Assembly (NCBI RefSeq): GCF_009914755.1
Contig: NC_060933.1
From: the human T2T-CHM13v2.0 reference genome, Homo sapiens
Strand: one strand, 5' to 3'
Length of the DNA stretch: 64,000 bases
The position numbers and the translations under genes are program-made. A model generated the notes under the pieces. That model worked only from the letters and a program-made list of their open reading frames with translations. It was not told where the DNA came from and did not search any database. Of the stretch, positions 48,204 to 64,000 are shown piece by piece (the stretch's first letter is position 1; every line of letters starts with the position of its first letter).

Positions 48204-49086
48204 AAATGCCCAATTGACTCTCCTCTTTTTATAATGAACTTTGGCTGAATTGGATGGCCCAAAACAAAAGTTTAAGTTTAGGGCCCAGTTAGGTGTGAAT
48301 GTAAAGACAAATGAACTTTGATAGTCTTGGGAAAAGTTGTGATCTATCTACAAAATGGTGGTGGTGGTGTGTGGATGGGGGCACTAGAGGCAGGCAGTGT
48401 CACACGAAGATACACTGATACACCTCACAAATCTTTGGCATTAGACAGATCTGGGTTTGAATCCCAGCTCTGTTTCTTTCCGACCATGTGACTTTGGCTG
48501 TTTTAACCTTTGAGCCTTCAGTGTCCTCATCTACAAAATGGTGATAATAAAGTGTCTATCAAACCATTTTGAGATAAAATGATAGAATGTACATACACGT
48601 ATTTGTGCACAGAGCTGAGTGACTGGTGCTCCCAAATGGTAGCCACTAATTCAAGACAGTTCTGTCAGATGTTGCAGGTAAAACACATTGGTTTTTTATC
48701 ATTATTTGTTTCTTTTTAAGTAAAGGCTATGTCTATGTGATTAACTGGGTGACAGCAAGAAGTGGGTTCCTGTCCTGTTTGGAGGAAGGCAAAAGAAAAT
48801 GAAGTCAGTTAAAGCTTTGTGGTGGTGGAGGGTGTGTGTGGATCTTGAAACTCCCCAGGGAAAATGTGTGGGCCAGTGCACCAGAGGGTGCCTGGACCTG
48901 GGAGACAGCAGATGGCCCACAGCAGCCTGTCCCCTTCCCCTGGCCCACAAAGCACACGAAGAAGCCAACCAGCCAGCTCAGAACCGGAGGATCTAATGTA
49001 CTACTTCTGAAAACGGAAATCCACAGACATTCAATACAGGCCGAAACAGACTCTCACCCCAAAAATATTAGTGAAAGTGCATACAC

Positions 49087-49092
49087 TTTATT
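49087..49092 (-). terminator. STOM: STOM distal polyadenylation signal AATAAA
   Basis: tttatt on the + strand. TGTA motif (tgtaca, palindromic) immediately upstream in transcript orientation. Confidence 0.75.
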
Positions 49093-50446
49093 ATGTACAT
49101 TGTTGGAAAGGGAGGCCACCTGGAGAAACTTCTGCACTGGCACTGTGTTCCTAGAGCTCCTTCTATGCGTCCCTCCCAAGTGATTTAATTTCAGCTGATT
49201 GGACTACGAATTCACAAGGCAGAAAAGTCAAGGTCATTTGGTATCTGGAGACAGGAGAACTCAAGGAACCAAAAGTACTGTTACTCTAAGTCTCAGAAAA
49301 GGTTTTCAGTCAGGATATGGAGGCTCCTGGTCCTCAAGGGTGAACCACTTCACACAACAGATAAAACCATCATTTTAAAATTCAAAATGTAAGTGCAACT
49401 TGAGTTTAAGTTGCACTGCTCCATACCTCTAATAAACTCAGCTAGGAGCCAGGATACATGGTAGTTCAAGGCTTCCTAAAATAAGCTTGAAATTGGGGTA
49501 CAGGGGAAGGGACATCCATTGGCTGGATGGACAGAGTGGTTGAGCTAAAGAGAGCTATAAAGGCTCGTGCTGGGAAAGAAAGCTGTTATGCTTAGACTTC
49601 TCTAGGTGAACTCAGAGTCTCAAAGAGGAAATGTTACAAATGTCACCCGCCAGCTTTCTGGCCAGTAAGCAGAATGCCAGGTTGCTCAGATTCACAGACA
49701 TTTGCAAAACAGAAGATGTCTCCTAATATTATAGACTAAGAATTTGTTGTCCAGAGGAGCTGACCAGTTCCTCTTTCAGCATCAATATACATGATAGAAG
49801 AATGACTAGGTAAATTTAAAAAGACCTACATCTATATAGATATTGTAAGTTTGACAGTATCTGCCCAAGATCATTAGACACTATATAGTCAATATACTGT
49901 GAATTCCTTATACTATGTAATGAATGGGTTTGTAATCAACATATTTCACAGTGTACCACAGTTAACAGCATGCAGATAGTAAAATATAATGGTTTCCTGA
50001 AGTTATCTCTTAAAAAAGTATTTTAGTCCTTCAGCTATTCAAATAGATATATAACAATTGCATATAGAACGTAGAGAAAATTTTATTAAAAAATTAAAAC
50101 TATTTAAAACCTGATATATGAAAATAGGCAACAGTGAGAAAAAAGCACTTTTGTGACAAATATTTAGCTGGTTTGAAAGACAGAACAAGGAGGAATCATT
50201 TACTCATAAAGAAGGCTCAAATAAGTTAAAACATGGATGTATTTTTAAAATGACCACTCTAGTAGTGAATTTAAAAGTCTTTTAAGGGTTAGAGTAATCT
50301 TTTTCATTAGTCTTGGCTATTTCCTCTAGTTCTGACAAGTACAGGCAAGAAAATGGCTACTCTCAAGTAAGGATTATTCTGAAACACGGTCTGGATTTAG
50401 AAAATAAATGAACATTAGGGAAATTTCCTTAATTAAGACTCTCCAA

Positions 50447-50758
<312 letters not shown>

Positions 50759-51192
50759 GACTCTCTGGAGGTAAGGCACATATGACCTGGAGAAGCTGGT
50801 TGTGGTGTAAGGTCATCACTTTCTGCAAAGCATTTAGCCAGTCAGCGGTGTCAGGTGGCAGTTACAGCCCAGGTTCTTGCCTCTGGCCTGGGTGCTTAGG
50901 GGGTTCAGAATGAGTCAGTGGAAGTCAAAACAAGAGGGATCTAACCTACTACATAATAATCTAAAAATACAAACTTTTAACTATTTTAAGACTAACAGAT
51001 TACCTTATATAAATCACCAATCTCTCAGTATTTACAAGCTAACAATTCTTTCACCTATTTTTATAACTGCTATACATTCTGGGAACACCACAATTGACAT
51101 ATGGAAAAAGAAAAGCCCTACCCTCTCTTTATGAGTTAAAGGCTAATTTGGTCCCCGACTTCATGCTTGGAAGGCTAGCGCTCATCTCTACA

Positions 51193-63293
<12,101 letters not shown>

Positions 63294-64000
63294 CTGCAAC
63301 AAAGATACACACATTATACAGACACCAGCAACCTAATCAGTTCACTTCTCCATTCAGTTTTAAGAAAATCAACCTAGTGAACTGAAAAGTCACCAGTTCA
63401 TCTTCGTGAATGAGCCAGAAGCCAGGAATGATAACTTTGATTCCTCTTGCTTACTTCCCACATTTGACTGTCTCCACTAAGGTCTGTGGAGTTCATTTCC
63501 TTAATCTACTGTTGCTATCACTCTTCTCCCCACCGCCCCACTGGGACCAATGCAATCGTTTCCCAGGCCATCTTTCTATTTTTTGTAGTTTCTCTCCTAT
63601 AATCTATTTCCTAAGCTGCAAGCCGAGCAATCCCCCCTAAAATACAAACCCTCCCCCACGCATGGTCCTGCATAACCCGCCTTTGTTCCCCTCTTCAGCC
63701 ACTTCCTCTCTCTTCACACCCTGCACTCTTGCTGGACTGATCTACTTGCAGTTTCTTGAATCTGCAATACTCTCCTCTTTGTTGCTTTGTGTATGTTGCT
63801 ATTTCCGCCGCAAACACCTCCTGTTGGTTAACACCTTTTCAGACCTCAAGACTCAGTCAAGATGTAACTTCCAGAAAGCCTTGACTCAGCCTACGACTAG
63901 TTCAGATCAGTAACACTTCTCTGGTTTTCTCTTTTCTCACAGCTCTCTGTGAGTACTTGATCATAATACTTATCACATAGGATTGTAGCTATCTGTTTCC

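Overview
This is human genomic DNA (Alu-rich, with L1, L2, MIR and MER relics) from the GSN-STOM locus; the 9q33 assignment comes from prior knowledge. The + strand carries the complete coding region of gelsolin (GSN): 17 GT-AG exons from ATG 9871 to TGA 42613, totalling 2349 nt (782 aa plasma precursor). It also has the cytoplasmic start ATG 11981, the short gelsolin-3 N-terminal exon (MEKLFCCF, 10112-10135), a CpG-island promoter and a polyA signal at 42831. The - strand carries the last four coding exons of stomatin (STOM, residues ~80-288) and its ~2.1 kb Alu-containing 3' UTR, convergent with GSN. I see no evidence of a wholly new gene system. The most notable unexplained signals are: (1) an ungapped 125-bp direct repeat (~78% identity) bracketing the alternative N-terminal exons; (2) a 1-2-1 G-quadruplex whose central loop forms an in-frame upstream ATG; (3) an apparent missense allele Thr695Met next to the G6 calcium-site aspartates; (4) a tandem CTCF motif pair in intron 9; (5) a tailless Alu with an intact target-site duplication; (6) a MADE1 hairpin; and (7) inverted Alu pairs able to bracket exons for editing or back-splicing. 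Exon coordinates were hand-checked. Repeat boundaries and subfamily calls are approximate.
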